Below are positions 53,150 through 63,729 of a stretch of DNA of 64,000 nucleotides, one piece after another; positions within the stretch are counted from its first letter, which is position 1; each line of letters opens with the position of its first letter. The position numbers and the translations under genes are program-made. The notes under the pieces are model-generated. The model saw nothing but the letters and a program-made list of their open reading frames with translations. It ran no database searches and was not told the DNA's origin. Source of the stretch: Kiritimatiellia bacterium (lineage in GTDB: Bacteria > Verrucomicrobiota > Kiritimatiellia > RFP12 > JAAYLN01); the NCBI GenBank assembly GCA_017962605.1, contig JAGCUY010000070.1, forward strand, positions 2,095 to 66,094, given 5' to 3'.

Positions 53150-54193
53150 ATGACTAAATTCGTGAAAGGCAACGAGGCCGTGGTTATCGGCGCGCTCTAT
53201 GCGGGCTGCGACGCCTTCTTCGGCTATCCCATCACCCCCGCCAGCGAGGTCGCCCAGATGGCGGCCCTGTATTTCCCCTCGGTCGGGAAGGAGTTCCTCC
53301 AGGCGGAGTGCGAGACTTCCTCCATCAACATGGTCTATGGCGCCGCCTCGACGGGCAAGCTTTCCATGACGGCCACTTCCGGCCCCGGCATGAGCCTGAT
53401 GCAGGAAGGCATCTCCTACCTCGCCGGCGCAGAACTTCCGGGCGTGATCGTCACGGTGCAGCGCGCGGGGCCGGGCCTGGGCAACGTCTATCCCGAACAG
53501 GGCGACTACAACCAGGCCGTCAAGGGCGGCGGGCACGGCAATTACCACTGCCTCGTCCTCGCTCCCGGAAACGTCCAGGAGATGTGCGATCTTACGATGA
53601 AGGCCTTTGAGCTTTCGTTCAAGTACCGCAACCCGGTGATCGTAATCGCCGATGCCGTCCTCGGGCAGATGATGGAGACGCTGCGGCTTCCCGAAAAGGA
53701 GTCGCCCCGTCCTGACACCTCCGCTTGGGCAGCCGAAGGCAACGCCAAGACGCGTGGCAACCTCATCACCTCAATCTTCCTCAACGCGCCCCAGCAGGAG
53801 GAGCACAACATCCACCTGCAGGCGAAATACCGCAAGATCGAGGCCGCCGAGCAGATGGCCGAGTGCTACCGCACCGACGACGCGGAGATCGTCCTCTGCG
53901 CATACGGGACGTCGAGCCGCATCTGCCGTTCGGCGGTGGACGCCCTCCGCGAGGGCGGCGTGAAGGTCGGCATGTTCCGTCCGCAGACGCTCTATCCCTT
54001 CCCGGAGAAGGCGCTGGCCGAGGTCGCGGAAGGCCGCAAGCTGATGGTGGTCGAGATGAGCGCGGGGCAGTTCCGCGACGACATCGCGCTCCATCTGGGC
54101 CGCCGCGCCGAGACGATTCCGCTGGTGAACCGCATGGGTGGCATCCTCGTGACCGTCGAGCAGGTCATTGACGCGGTGAAGGGGCTTGCGTAG
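53150..54193 (+). CDS. 2-oxoacid (2-oxoglutarate/pyruvate):ferredoxin oxidoreductase alpha subunit
   Basis: MTKFVKGNEAVVIGALYAGCDAFFGYPITPASEV is the typical KorA/PorA N-terminus. Confidence 0.8.
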   Translation: MTKFVKGNEAVVIGALYAGCDAFFGYPITPASEVAQMAALYFPSVGKEFLQAECETSSINMVYGAASTGKLSMTATSGPGMSLMQEGISYLAGAELPGVIVTVQRAGPGLGNVYPEQGDYNQAVKGGGHGNYHCLVLAPGNVQEMCDLTMKAFELSFKYRNPVIVIADAVLGQMMETLRLPEKESPRPDTSAWAAEGNAKTRGNLITSIFLNAPQQEEHNIHLQAKYRKIEAAEQMAECYRTDDAEIVLCAYGTSSRICRSAVDALREGGVKVGMFRPQTLYPFPEKALAEVAEGRKLMVVEMSAGQFRDDIALHLGRRAETIPLVNRMGGILVTVEQVIDAVKGLA

Positions 54194-54219
54194 CGAGGCA
54201 AGAATTGGTAATGGTTCAA

Positions 54220-54420
54220 AGAAGAAAGTCCAGGTTTCGGAATTTGAAATTTGAGATTTAAGATTTCAGATTTGAGATTTCAGGATTTAGGATTTAAGAT
54301 TTCAGATTTGAGATTTCAGGATTTCAGGATTTGAAATTACAGATTTGAGATTTGAAATTTGGAATTTGAGATTTGAAACTTTAGATTTCTAATTTAGGAT
54401 TTGGACTTTCAGGCAAGGAA
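54220..54420. repeat. tandem heptamer repeats (GATTTSA)n, about 25 units
   Basis: gaatttgaaatttgagatttaagatttcagatttgagatttcaggatttaggatttaagatttcagatttgagatttcaggatttcaggatttgaaattacagatttgagatttgaaatttggaatttgagatttgaaactttagatttctaatttaggatttggactttcagg. Confidence 0.85.
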
Positions 54421-54444
54421 ATAGATTTTCAAGGAGGCAAACAA

Positions 54445-55854
54445 ATGGCTGTAATAAAGGCAAAGGGCTTCTACGATACTTTCGACCGTTCGGGCACGCC
54501 AACCCGCGACACCCACTACTGTCCAGGATGCGGCCACGGCATCATCCACAAGCTTCTCTGCGAGGCGATGGCCGACATGGGCATCCAGGACAGGACGGTC
54601 ATCGTCAACCCGATCGGCTGCGCCGTCTTCGGCTACTACTACTGGGACGTGGGCAACGTCGGCGCGGCGCACGGCCGTGCGCAGTCGGTGGCGACCGCCA
54701 TCAACCGCACGCGCCCCGACAGCATCGTCATCTCCTACCAGGGCGACGGCGACCTCGCGGCAATCGGCTTCAACGCCACCTTCCAGGCGGCGAACCGCGG
54801 CGAGCACGTGGCGACCTTCTTCGTGAACAACTCGACCTACGGCATGACCGGCGGCCAGATGGCCCCGACGACGCTCCTCGGCCAGAAGACGAAAACCACG
54901 CCATTCGGCCGCGCCGCCGACCACGAGGGCTACCCGCTCTGCGTCTGCGAGGCGCTGAACCAGCTCAAGGCCCCGGTTTACATCGCCCGCGTCTCCGTGG
55001 CCGACACGAAGCGCATCATGGAGGCCAAGAAGGCCATCCGCAAGGCGCTTGAAATCCAGGTGCAGAAGAAGGGCTTCGCCTTCGTGGAAATCCTCTCGCC
55101 CTGCCCGACGAACCTCGGCCTCGACCCGCTCAAGGCCGCGCAGTGGGAAATCGAGCAGTCCGAGCAGATCTTCCCGCTCGGCACCTTCCGCGACATCTCG
55201 GCCGAAGCCGAGTCGCGCAAGGATCCGGAACCCAAGCCGACCCCGAGCGAGTTCTTCGGCGGCGGCACCGACGTCAAAGCGCCGGAACCCGACTACGCAT
55301 TTGGCACCAAGCACATCAAGATCGCCGGCTTCGGCGGCCAGGGCATCCTGTCGCTCGGCCTCGCCATCGCTGAGGCGGCCCGCTATTCGGCCCGCTACTC
55401 CTCCTGGTTCCCCAGCTACGGGCCTGAGCAGCGCGGCGGATCGTCTTCCTGCAACGTCATCGTCAGCGGCACCCCGATTGGCTCGCCCGACGCGCCCCAG
55501 CCCGACGTCCTCGTCTGCATGAACCGCCCCTCCTACGACCGCTTCGCGAAGGACGTGCCTAAGGGTGGCGTGATCCTCTGCGACGCCACGGTGGAGATCA
55601 CCGAGCAGCCGCCGGAGGGCGTGAAGCTCTTCATGATGCCGTCGCTGAAGCTCGCCACCGAGTTCGGCGTCCCGAAGGCCACCAACACCGTGATGCTCGC
55701 GGCGTTGGCGCACCTCGGCGTAACCGGCCTCGCCACGGAGCAGCTGCTGAACGCGCTCGACGACAGCTTCAAGAAAAAGCCGAAACTAATCCCGATCAAC
55801 CGCGACATCTTCCAGAAGGCCTACGCATGGTGCGAGGCGAATTGGAAGGCGTAG
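54445..55854 (+). CDS. 2-oxoacid:ferredoxin oxidoreductase beta subunit fused to gamma subunit
   Basis: N-terminal TPP-binding beta subunit (CPGCGHG, GDGD). C-terminal 180 aa (IKIAGFGGQGILSLG ...) is the gamma/CoA-binding subunit. A Pro/Glu-rich linker joins them. Confidence 0.7.
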   Translation: MAVIKAKGFYDTFDRSGTPTRDTHYCPGCGHGIIHKLLCEAMADMGIQDRTVIVNPIGCAVFGYYYWDVGNVGAAHGRAQSVATAINRTRPDSIVISYQGDGDLAAIGFNATFQAANRGEHVATFFVNNSTYGMTGGQMAPTTLLGQKTKTTPFGRAADHEGYPLCVCEALNQLKAPVYIARVSVADTKRIMEAKKAIRKALEIQVQKKGFAFVEILSPCPTNLGLDPLKAAQWEIEQSEQIFPLGTFRDISAEAESRKDPEPKPTPSEFFGGGTDVKAPEPDYAFGTKHIKIAGFGGQGILSLGLAIAEAARYSARYSSWFPSYGPEQRGGSSSCNVIVSGTPIGSPDAPQPDVLVCMNRPSYDRFAKDVPKGGVILCDATVEITEQPPEGVKLFMMPSLKLATEFGVPKATNTVMLAALAHLGVTGLATEQLLNALDDSFKKKPKLIPINRDIFQKAYAWCEANWKA

Positions 55855-55879
55855 GCGGCTGGCGCACGGACTCACGCCC

Positions 55880-56152
55880 ATGGACAAAGTAGTAATCACA
55901 GTCGTCGGCAAGGATACCGTCGGCATAATAGCGAACGTCTGCAACTGCCTTGCGGAAGCCAATGTCAATGTCCTGGACATAGCCCAGACAACTGTCCAGA
56001 ACTTCTTCAACATGATGATGGTCGCCGACTTCACCAGGGCCGTGCGCCCCTTTGACACCATCGCCGCCGACCTCCGCGCCGTCGGCGACAGGATGGGGCT
56101 GCAGATCCGCTGCCAGCGCGAGGAAATCTTCGACATGATGCACCGCATCTAG
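55880..56152 (+). CDS. ACT-domain protein (UPF0237 family)
   Basis: MDKVVITVVGKDTVGIIANV... is the classic ACT start. 90 aa. Paired with the UPF0210 gene. Confidence 0.7.
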   Translation: MDKVVITVVGKDTVGIIANVCNCLAEANVNVLDIAQTTVQNFFNMMMVADFTRAVRPFDTIAADLRAVGDRMGLQIRCQREEIFDMMHRI

Positions 56153-56161
56153 GGGGCCGCC

Positions 56162-57526
56162 ATGATCAGCATCCGCGAGGTCGTAGAGACCAACCAGATG
56201 ATCGCCCACGAGAATCTGGACGTTCGCACGATCACATTGGGCGTAAGCCTCCTTGACTGCGCCTCGTCAGACCTGAAGGAAACCTGCGCCAACATCCGCA
56301 AGAAACTCCTGCGGCTTGGCGGGAAGCTGGTAGAGACCGGCGAGGAGATTTCACGTGACTACGGCATCCCGATTGTGAACAAGCGCATTTCGGTGACGCC
56401 GGCGGCGCTCGTTGGCGCTTCGTGCGCACGCGGGCCCGAGGACTTCGTGAAAATCGCCGAGACGCTTGACGGCGCGGCGCGCGACCTGGGCGTGAACTTC
56501 CTGGGCGGCTTCTCGGCGATTGTCTCAAAGGGAATGACCGCCGCCGACGAGAACCTGATCCGCTCTATCCCAGCGGCGCTGGCCTCAACGGAGCGCGTCT
56601 GCTCCAGCGTGAACGTGGGCTCCACCAAGACCGGCATCGACATGGATGCCGTCCGCCTCATGGGCGAGACGATCCTGGAGGCGGCGCGCCTCACGGCAGA
56701 CCGCGACTCGCTAGGCTGCGCCAAGCTGGTGGTGCTTTGCAACGCGCCAGACGACAACCCCTTCATGGCCGGCGCCTTCCATGGCGTCAGCGAGGGCGAC
56801 GCCGTAATCAACGTGGGCGTTTCTGGGCCGGGCGTGGTCAAGCACGCGCTTTCGCAGATTCGCGGCGCGAACTTCGAGACCCTTTGCGAAACCATCAAGA
56901 AGACGGCCTTCAAAATCACGCGCGTCGGGCAGCTCGTCGCGCAGGAGGCGTCGCGCAGGCTTGGCGTGCCATTCGGCATTGTCGATTTGTCGCTTGCCCC
57001 GACGCCGGCCGTTGGCGACAGCGTCGCCGACATCCTCAAGGAGATTGGCCTTGAGCAGCCTGGCGCGCCTGGAACGACCGCCGCGCTGGCGCTGCTGAAC
57101 GACCAGGTGAAGAAGGGCGGCGTAATGGCCTCCTCATACGTGGGCGGACTTTCCGGAGCCTTCATCCCGGTGTCCGAGGACCAGGGGATGATCGAGGCCG
57201 TAGAGGCAGGTGCGCTTTCCATTGAGAAGCTTGAGGCAATGACCTGCGTCTGCTCGGTTGGACTGGACATGATCGCCATTCCCGGCGACACTCCCGCGGC
57301 GACGATTGCCGGCATAATCGCCGACGAGGCGGCCATCGGCATGGTGAACCAGAAGACCACAGCCGTGCGCATCATCCCCGTTATTGGGAAGAAGGTCGGC
57401 GACAAGGTGGAGTTCGGCGGACTCCTCGGCCATGCGCCGGTGATGCCGGTGAGCCGCTTTGACTCGGAGAATTTCATTGTCCGTCGCGGCCGCATCCCCG
57501 CGCCCATCCACTCCTTCAAGAATTGA
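56162..57526 (+). CDS. UPF0210 (DUF711, PFL-like) family protein
   Basis: [33 protein letters not shown] matches the UPF0210 N-terminus. 454 aa. Confidence 0.7.
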   Translation: MISIREVVETNQMIAHENLDVRTITLGVSLLDCASSDLKETCANIRKKLLRLGGKLVETGEEISRDYGIPIVNKRISVTPAALVGASCARGPEDFVKIAETLDGAARDLGVNFLGGFSAIVSKGMTAADENLIRSIPAALASTERVCSSVNVGSTKTGIDMDAVRLMGETILEAARLTADRDSLGCAKLVVLCNAPDDNPFMAGAFHGVSEGDAVINVGVSGPGVVKHALSQIRGANFETLCETIKKTAFKITRVGQLVAQEASRRLGVPFGIVDLSLAPTPAVGDSVADILKEIGLEQPGAPGTTAALALLNDQVKKGGVMASSYVGGLSGAFIPVSEDQGMIEAVEAGALSIEKLEAMTCVCSVGLDMIAIPGDTPAATIAGIIADEAAIGMVNQKTTAVRIIPVIGKKVGDKVEFGGLLGHAPVMPVSRFDSENFIVRRGRIPAPIHSFKN

Positions 57527-57534
57527 GGATGGAG

Positions 57535-57705
57535 AAGGCGAGAAGATGGGGTTGAATTTCGGAATTTCAAATTTGAAATTTATGATTTGAGATTTCAGAA
57601 TTTGAGATTTGAGATTTGAGATTTGAAATTTGAAATTTCAGGATTTGAGATTTCAGGATTTGAGATTTGAGATTTGAAATTTGAAATTTCAGGATTTGAG
57701 ATTTG
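57535..57705. repeat. tandem heptamer repeats (GATTTSA)n with an internal duplication of about 40 bp
   Basis: gaatttcaaatttgaaatttatgatttgagatttcagaatttgagatttgagatttgagatttgaaatttgaaatttcaggatttgagatttcaggatttgagatttgagatttgaaatttgaaatttcaggatttgagatttg. Confidence 0.85.
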
Positions 57706-57731
57706 ATTATTACCAACAGGCTTGCAAGACC

Positions 57732-60269
57732 ATGAGGCGCTTCTTAAAATCCTACTGGCCATTCGCCATCCTTATTGCCGCAATCGCAGTCGTCTTCTCG
57801 CCCACATGGGGGAAGTTCGTGGTGCTGCCGTCGCCCGACAGCAGTCCTGGCGAATTCACCCGCCCGATCTTCAGGTTGAACGAGTGCCTCTCCGGCCTAA
57901 TGACCATTGACTTCTACAGCCTCCTTGAAGTCATCCTCCCGCCCTACACCTTCTGCGACATAACCTACCCGATTGACACCTTCCTCATTGCCGTCGGGCT
58001 TGCTTGGTTCCTGCGTGCTCGTGGACTGGGCCGCACTGCTGCGTCCGTTGGCGGCGGCATCTTCGCCCTGATGGGTTACTCGCTGACGCTCGTGTCGGCT
58101 GGCCATCGAGGCTTCTTCTACCTGACGGTAAACATGATGTTCCTCTACGCCTTCTTCGCGCGAGGACTCGCCGGGGGGCGCCTTGCCAATTACGCGCTTG
58201 CCGGCGTGTGCGCCGCATGGGGGTTGCGCCACCAGCCCGACTTCGCCGCCATCTACCTGATCCTCCTCGCCATCTACGGCATCTGCGCCATAATCCATCA
58301 GGCGAGGTCTATTGACGATCGCGGCGCATTCTTCAAGCGGTTGGGCAAGGGCGTTGCCTTGACCGCAGCCACCTTCGCCCTTTGCGTCATCCCCATCTTC
58401 CGCAGCACGCTGCTGAGTTCCCTACAAGGTCGCCAGGAGACAATCGGTGAAAGCGGCGAGACGCAGGCTGAACAAGCGGAAGCGAAAAAGACTTCCGGCG
58501 AGACATTGGAGGAAGAGCTGAAGAGCAAATGGATTTTCACGACCAACTGGTCCCTGCCGCCCGATGAGGCGCTGGAGTTCGTGGCGCCTTCGGTCAAGGG
58601 CCGCCAGACTGGAGATCAGGCGCTTCCATACTGGGGGCGTCTGGGTCGGACCTGGAAATGGGAGGAAACCCACCAGGGCTTCATGAACTACCGCCAGCAT
58701 CTGGTTTATTTGGGCGTGGTTCCGCTGATGCTGGCGCTTCTCGCGGCCCTCACGGTGTTCGGGCCGCGAGAAGGGGGAGGGCTGAAGCCCACCCCTCCGA
58801 TACAAGCCGGGAAGACGCCCGAAGAACCGATATATGACGGGAAGACGCCCACCCCTTCGATAGCGCGGGGATTGCGCTTCGAGGTGTGGTTCTGGGGCGT
58901 TGTGTGGGTGGTGGCGCTGTTGCTGGCCTTTGGCCGCTACACGCCATTCTACAAGCTCTTCTACGCCCTGCCGTATGTCTCCCTGATGCGTGCGCCGGTG
59001 AAGTTCGTGCGACTGGTCGAACTGGCCACTGCAATCCTCGCCGCCATCGGCGCGCAGGCGTTTTTGGAGGCCGGCGTCGCAAAGCGCCAATTTAGGCGCT
59101 TTGCCGCAGTTTCCGGAATCCTCTTTGCAATCTTCGCCATCTTTGCGGTCACGGTATCGGCGAAGCCTTCGATTTACCTTTCGCCGCTGATGGCGCTAGG
59201 CGCTGATGAAAGGCTAATGGCGGCGATGTCCGCCAATGCAGTAAACGCGCTGCTGCATGCCGTGATTGGCCTTGCGGTTGTGGCGGCAGTGGCATGGTGG
59301 CGCGGACGCGATGGAACCAAAAACTCCTTTGCACCGTTTGGGCTGGCAGTCCTCTTCGTCGCTGCGGTGATTTCGGCCGCTGTCGCCGAACGCCCCTTCG
59401 CCGCCGCGAACGACATTGAATTCAAATACACCACGCGCAACCCCGTCTCGCAGATGGCGCTTGAGGGTGGTGTGGCCAATGGCCATCCGGCCGTCTGGAG
59501 CGCCGTCCAGAGCCGCTTCCATGACTACGCCCTGAAGCAGAACCTCATATGCCATGGTGTCGATGACGCCCCGCACGATTTCGACCAAAGGGGCTTTTTC
59601 GCCAATGCCGGGAACGACGCCTTCTTCCGCGCCATGGAGCTTTCCGGATGCCAGTATGCCGTTGTTCCCGCCTCGCAGGCCAAGGCGCTGCCAAAAGGTC
59701 GCTTTGAGCCGGTCTGCGGACTTGCCCTCCGTAACCCTCCGGCCCTCTTTGAAAAGACAATGGCCCCAGGCAAGGACGACTATCTGCTAGCCCGTGTTGT
59801 CTCGCCGTTGCCGGACGCGCAGTTCTTCACACGCTGGGCGCCGACAACCTACGAGAACCTCATGCGCGACGTTGCGCTCAAGATGCGCGGCGACTGGTCG
59901 CAATGGACGCTTCCAGTCGTCGATGCGCCGGACTCCAGTCCGGAAGAGGCCAAGATGCCGCCCAAGGCGAGCCAGGCAATAAAGTCCGTCCTCGCACTTT
60001 TGGGGGCGCGCAAGACCCTTGTGGAAGTCGATGCACCTGCCGATGGCTATTTGCTTCTCCGCTGGGGATACTGGGAACGCAATGCCGCCTGGGTGGATGG
60101 GAAGACGGTTCCGCAGCTCCGTGCCGGCTACAACCATACGGCTATATTCGTGCCGGCGGGGCGCCACACGGTGGAATTTTCGAACATTGGCCGCTCGCCG
60201 GCGTGGACTCCGGTGTTGGCCATTGTCCTTGTCGCCTTCGCAATCGGCTTTGTCCGCGAGGCCATTTAG
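57732..60269 (+). CDS. large polytopic membrane protein (YfhO-like / possible membrane glycosyltransferase)
   Basis: More than 12 hydrophobic segments spread over 846 aa with large loops. Overall organisation is similar to the YfhO/DUF2298 families. No catalytic motif confirmed. ATG at 57732. Confidence 0.4.
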   Translation: MRRFLKSYWPFAILIAAIAVVFSPTWGKFVVLPSPDSSPGEFTRPIFRLNECLSGLMTIDFYSLLEVILPPYTFCDITYPIDTFLIAVGLAWFLRARGLGRTAASVGGGIFALMGYSLTLVSAGHRGFFYLTVNMMFLYAFFARGLAGGRLANYALAGVCAAWGLRHQPDFAAIYLILLAIYGICAIIHQARSIDDRGAFFKRLGKGVALTAATFALCVIPIFRSTLLSSLQGRQETIGESGETQAEQAEAKKTSGETLEEELKSKWIFTTNWSLPPDEALEFVAPSVKGRQTGDQALPYWGRLGRTWKWEETHQGFMNYRQHLVYLGVVPLMLALLAALTVFGPREGGGLKPTPPIQAGKTPEEPIYDGKTPTPSIARGLRFEVWFWGVVWVVALLLAFGRYTPFYKLFYALPYVSLMRAPVKFVRLVELATAILAAIGAQAFLEAGVAKRQFRRFAAVSGILFAIFAIFAVTVSAKPSIYLSPLMALGADERLMAAMSANAVNALLHAVIGLAVVAAVAWWRGRDGTKNSFAPFGLAVLFVAAVISAAVAERPFAAANDIEFKYTTRNPVSQMALEGGVANGHPAVWSAVQSRFHDYALKQNLICHGVDDAPHDFDQRGFFANAGNDAFFRAMELSGCQYAVVPASQAKALPKGRFEPVCGLALRNPPALFEKTMAPGKDDYLLARVVSPLPDAQFFTRWAPTTYENLMRDVALKMRGDWSQWTLPVVDAPDSSPEEAKMPPKASQAIKSVLALLGARKTLVEVDAPADGYLLLRWGYWERNAAWVDGKTVPQLRAGYNHTAIFVPAGRHTVEFSNIGRSPAWTPVLAIVLVAFAIGFVREAI

Positions 60270-60329
60270 TTGAAATTTTGTCCGGCTTGCGCTAGAATGG
60301 CCATTAGAATGTAAGGTGAATAGACGGCA

Positions 60330-61340
60330 ATGGCAGACATTCCTCCAAGACAACAGGTGAGCGGTTCCGATACGATCCGCATGGGTCAGACTAAAGGTCT
60401 GCCCCAGTACCGAGACCCGAACGCCGCACAGCGCAGCGCAACGCAACGCGCCGAAGTAAGGACAGAGGCGCTGGCGCGCCGCACCCCGGAAAACAACGAC
60501 CAGGCATTTGCCATACTCAAGGCGTTTCAGGATTATCTTGAGCATGAGCGGCAGCGTGCCCAGCGCCGCACAGCGATAGCCATCACCGTATTCTCCGTGC
60601 TGCTCGTAATCGTAATCATCAGCTTCATCGCGGTCTGGCTCTCCACCATGGGCAGCATGCAGGGAACGCAGACCGATCTGCTGCGCATGGCCCTTGCGGC
60701 GCGTGAGGAGCGCGAGGCTGCGCATACGCAGGCCGACATTTCCGCTACGGTTAATGCCGCCGTGGCGCAGGCCGTGGCTCAGGCCGAGAGGGAGGCAAAC
60801 GAGAAGGCCGCGCGCGAGAGGGCGCTTCGCGAAGCCGAGGATGCACGCCGTGCCGCAGAGGCTGAGGCCCTTGAAAAGCGCCTTGCCGAAGAGCGGCGCA
60901 AAAACGCCGAGGAGGCCGCCGCAAAGGAGGCGGCCTTGGCCCAGGCGCTGAAGTCGCTCAACGAGACGGTGGAGGCGCTCCGCAAGGACAACGACATGCT
61001 TCGTGGAAGGATTTCGCGCCCCTCGGCGGCCGTACCCGCGCAAAAACAGCCCGCCCAGACAACGCAAGCGACGGCCGCGCCAAAGCCAGCAGCTGCTAAG
61101 TCCGCCGCCCAAAACAATGCGCCCTCGGCTGCTTCGGAAACTCCGGCTTCTTCGGCTCAGCCCGCAGCGCCCAAAAAGAATGTGGCCCAGGTCGGCACCA
61201 TTGTTCCGCCACTTACGATCAAGCGTCCGGTTCCCCCCAAGGGATATGCCGCCGAATCAATCACCATCCCAGTCGGTCAGGATGGCGCAAGCCAGGTTAA
61301 CTGGCGGCTTCTCCTCCCGAACGAACTCCCGGCGCAATGA
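60330..61340 (+). CDS. hypothetical membrane-anchored coiled-coil protein (Ala/Glu/Arg-rich)
   Basis: One TM ([22 protein letters not shown]), then a long AEAR-rich predicted coiled coil and a Pro/Ala-rich tail. Confidence 0.4.
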   Translation: MADIPPRQQVSGSDTIRMGQTKGLPQYRDPNAAQRSATQRAEVRTEALARRTPENNDQAFAILKAFQDYLEHERQRAQRRTAIAITVFSVLLVIVIISFIAVWLSTMGSMQGTQTDLLRMALAAREEREAAHTQADISATVNAAVAQAVAQAEREANEKAARERALREAEDARRAAEAEALEKRLAEERRKNAEEAAAKEAALAQALKSLNETVEALRKDNDMLRGRISRPSAAVPAQKQPAQTTQATAAPKPAAAKSAAQNNAPSAASETPASSAQPAAPKKNVAQVGTIVPPLTIKRPVPPKGYAAESITIPVGQDGASQVNWRLLLPNELPAQ

Positions 61341-62197
61341 GCGCGGAATGCCAATACGCGCTGCTTGACAGCGGCCTGGGGCGCAAGCTTGAGCGCTTCG
61401 GCTCAATTTCCCTTGTCCGACCCTGCTCGCAGGCGATATGGCGTCCGACGCTCCCTGACGAAGCATGGCGCCGCGCCGACGCCACGTTTGACCGCGAAGG
61501 TGGCCTGAACTGGCGCGGGCGCGAGGCCCTGCCATCCGATTGGACAATAGCCGTAGAGGGAATGCGTCTCCGTCTCTCCTCCACCGACTTCGGCCATCTG
61601 GGCGTGTTCCCCGAGCAGAGGGCTTCATGGCGCTGGCTGCAGGAGACAGTCCGCGCCTTCCCCGGCCGCCGCCTATCCGTCTTGAACCTCTTCGCCTATT
61701 CTGGTGGCTCCACCCTGGCATGCGCCCTGGCCGGCGCAGATGTCTGCCATCTCGACGCCTCCCAGGGCATGGTGGATTGGGCGAGGAAGAACGCCGAACT
61801 CAACGGCCTGAAGGCGCATCCGATCCGCTGGATTACCGACGACGTCCACAAGTTCCTGACGCGCGAGGTCAAGCGCGGCCGCAAATACGACGGCATTGTC
61901 CTGGATCCTCCGTCATTCGGCCGCGGCGCCCGGGGCGAAGTTTACAAACTCGAGCGCGATTTGCCAAAGACCCTTGCCCTCTGCCGCGAGGTCCTGTCGT
62001 CGAAGCCGGCCTTCATGCTCCTGAGCGCGCATACGCCCGGCGTGACGCCAGTCGTCCTCAACCACCTGCTTTGTGACGCCCTTTCCGGAATTGGAATTCC
62101 GGGAACCTTCGAGTGCGGCGAGATGCTCCTCGAAGGGGAAGGGGATGTCCGCCCTGTCCCGAGCGGCTGCATGGCGAGGTGGAGGGCGGAGCCTTGA
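61337..62197 (+). CDS. class I SAM-dependent methyltransferase, RlmI/YccW-like rRNA methyltransferase core
   Basis: [20 protein letters not shown] (motif I), [30 protein letters not shown] (motif IV). Confidence 0.55.
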   Translation: MSAECQYALLDSGLGRKLERFGSISLVRPCSQAIWRPTLPDEAWRRADATFDREGGLNWRGREALPSDWTIAVEGMRLRLSSTDFGHLGVFPEQRASWRWLQETVRAFPGRRLSVLNLFAYSGGSTLACALAGADVCHLDASQGMVDWARKNAELNGLKAHPIRWITDDVHKFLTREVKRGRKYDGIVLDPPSFGRGARGEVYKLERDLPKTLALCREVLSSKPAFMLLSAHTPGVTPVVLNHLLCDALSGIGIPGTFECGEMLLEGEGDVRPVPSGCMARWRAEP

Positions 62198-63723
62198 CAC
62201 GCGGCGCATCCAGAATAGCCCGCTGGCTGTCCTTCGGCTTCCTCTGCCTGTATGCGCTCACCGCGCAGCGAGGCGTCTCCTGGCAAGACAGCGGCGTTTT
62301 CCAACTGCGGATCTTATATCGCGACCTCTACGGCACCGACGGAATCGCCCTGGCACATCCCCTCTATGTGTTATTGACCCACGCCTTCTGCGCCCTGTTT
62401 GGCGACTTCTTCTCAATTGAAGCGCCAACGGCGGCAAACATTGCCAGCGGAATATGGATGGCAATGGCGTTATGGCTATTCCATGACTGCGCCATGCGGC
62501 TTTCCCGCTCAAGGGCCGCCGCCATGCTCGCAACGCTTACTTTGGGCTTCTCCCACCTCGCATGGTGGCTTTCAACCATTGCCGAGGTTTACACGCTCTC
62601 GCTGTGCCTTCTTCTGGCCGAGGCGAGATGCGTCATAAGACTACTCCAAGGTGAGCGCTCGCGTCGGCTGTTTGTGGGCGCGGCGGCTTTTTCCGGCCTG
62701 GGATTCGCCGTCCACAATTTTGCGCTTCTGTCTCTCCCTGTGACTGTTGGCGCAATCGCGATTTCAATAGCGCGCCAATGGCATGACAACAATACGCGGA
62801 TATCGGTTCCATCCTTTTTGCTAAAGACGGCTCTCCTGTTCGTCGTCTGGGCCTCCTGCGCGGGGCTGGTCCTGTGTCCGGCGCTGAAGTTGCTTGCAGG
62901 GGGCATGGCGCCAGGACAGGTCATCTCGGAGTTGCTTGTTGGAAAATATGGCACCCAGGTGGCAGGCCGCTCCAGCCTTTCCATTGGCATGACAATCGCG
63001 AATTTCGGAATTGCGGCCATCAGCCTCTTGTCTCCATGCTGGCTTGCAGGCGCCGTGGCCTTGCGCCGGAGTTTCGGCCGCGCGGCAAGCCTTGGCGGAT
63101 TCGTCAGGGCAATCAGTCCGGCGATGCGCTACACCATAGCCCTCTTCCTAGTCCACGCCCTATTCGCGCTGCGCTACCGCGTTCCCGACCAGGCGCTCTT
63201 CCTCCTCCCGACGCTTTCGTTTGCGGCGCTGCTCCTGGCTCCGTTGCTTTCGCGCATCGGGAAATGCGGCTTGTTAGCCCCCGCTCTCCTGGCGGTCGCC
63301 ACTGTTGTCTGCGGCGTTGCCATGCCGCTGGCTGCAAATGCCGTGCTTCACCTTCCGCCTTTCCAGAACCGCATCGTGGCCTCCAGAAGCAGGATACTGC
63401 CATTCCGCGACGAGGTCCGCTACTGGGCGCTCCCCTGGAAGCACGACGAAAGCTCGGCGGAACGCTTCTCGGCTGCGGCAATAGCCGCGATGGACGCCAA
63501 GGGGGATGCTTCGCTATTTGCCGACTCCACCTCCGCGCCACCCTTGTCTCTGCGGCTTGAGGATGCCTCTCCGTCCTGGCATCTCTACACGCCGTGGAAC
63601 GACTGTTCGCGCTTTACCGCTGAAGCCGTTGAGGGCAGGCAGACCTTCGCAGTCTCGCCAGTGCCGGGCTATTGCCCCAATGCCGCCCTGGCCACAGGGA
63701 ATGTGAAGCCGCTTTTCCCGTAA
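62194..63723 (+). CDS. DUF2723-family polytopic membrane protein (TMEM260-like putative glycosyltransferase)
   Basis: [11 protein letters not shown] ... [10 protein letters not shown] matches the DUF2723 N-terminal signature (VSFWDSGEF ... LGIAHPPGYPL). About 11 TM. Start uncertain: TTG at 62194 or GTG at 62179, overlapping the methyltransferase stop. Confidence 0.5.
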   Translation: MTRGASRIARWLSFGFLCLYALTAQRGVSWQDSGVFQLRILYRDLYGTDGIALAHPLYVLLTHAFCALFGDFFSIEAPTAANIASGIWMAMALWLFHDCAMRLSRSRAAAMLATLTLGFSHLAWWLSTIAEVYTLSLCLLLAEARCVIRLLQGERSRRLFVGAAAFSGLGFAVHNFALLSLPVTVGAIAISIARQWHDNNTRISVPSFLLKTALLFVVWASCAGLVLCPALKLLAGGMAPGQVISELLVGKYGTQVAGRSSLSIGMTIANFGIAAISLLSPCWLAGAVALRRSFGRAASLGGFVRAISPAMRYTIALFLVHALFALRYRVPDQALFLLPTLSFAALLLAPLLSRIGKCGLLAPALLAVATVVCGVAMPLAANAVLHLPPFQNRIVASRSRILPFRDEVRYWALPWKHDESSAERFSAAAIAAMDAKGDASLFADSTSAPPLSLRLEDASPSWHLYTPWNDCSRFTAEAVEGRQTFAVSPVPGYCPNAALATGNVKPLFP

Positions 63724-63729
63724 GCGGGC

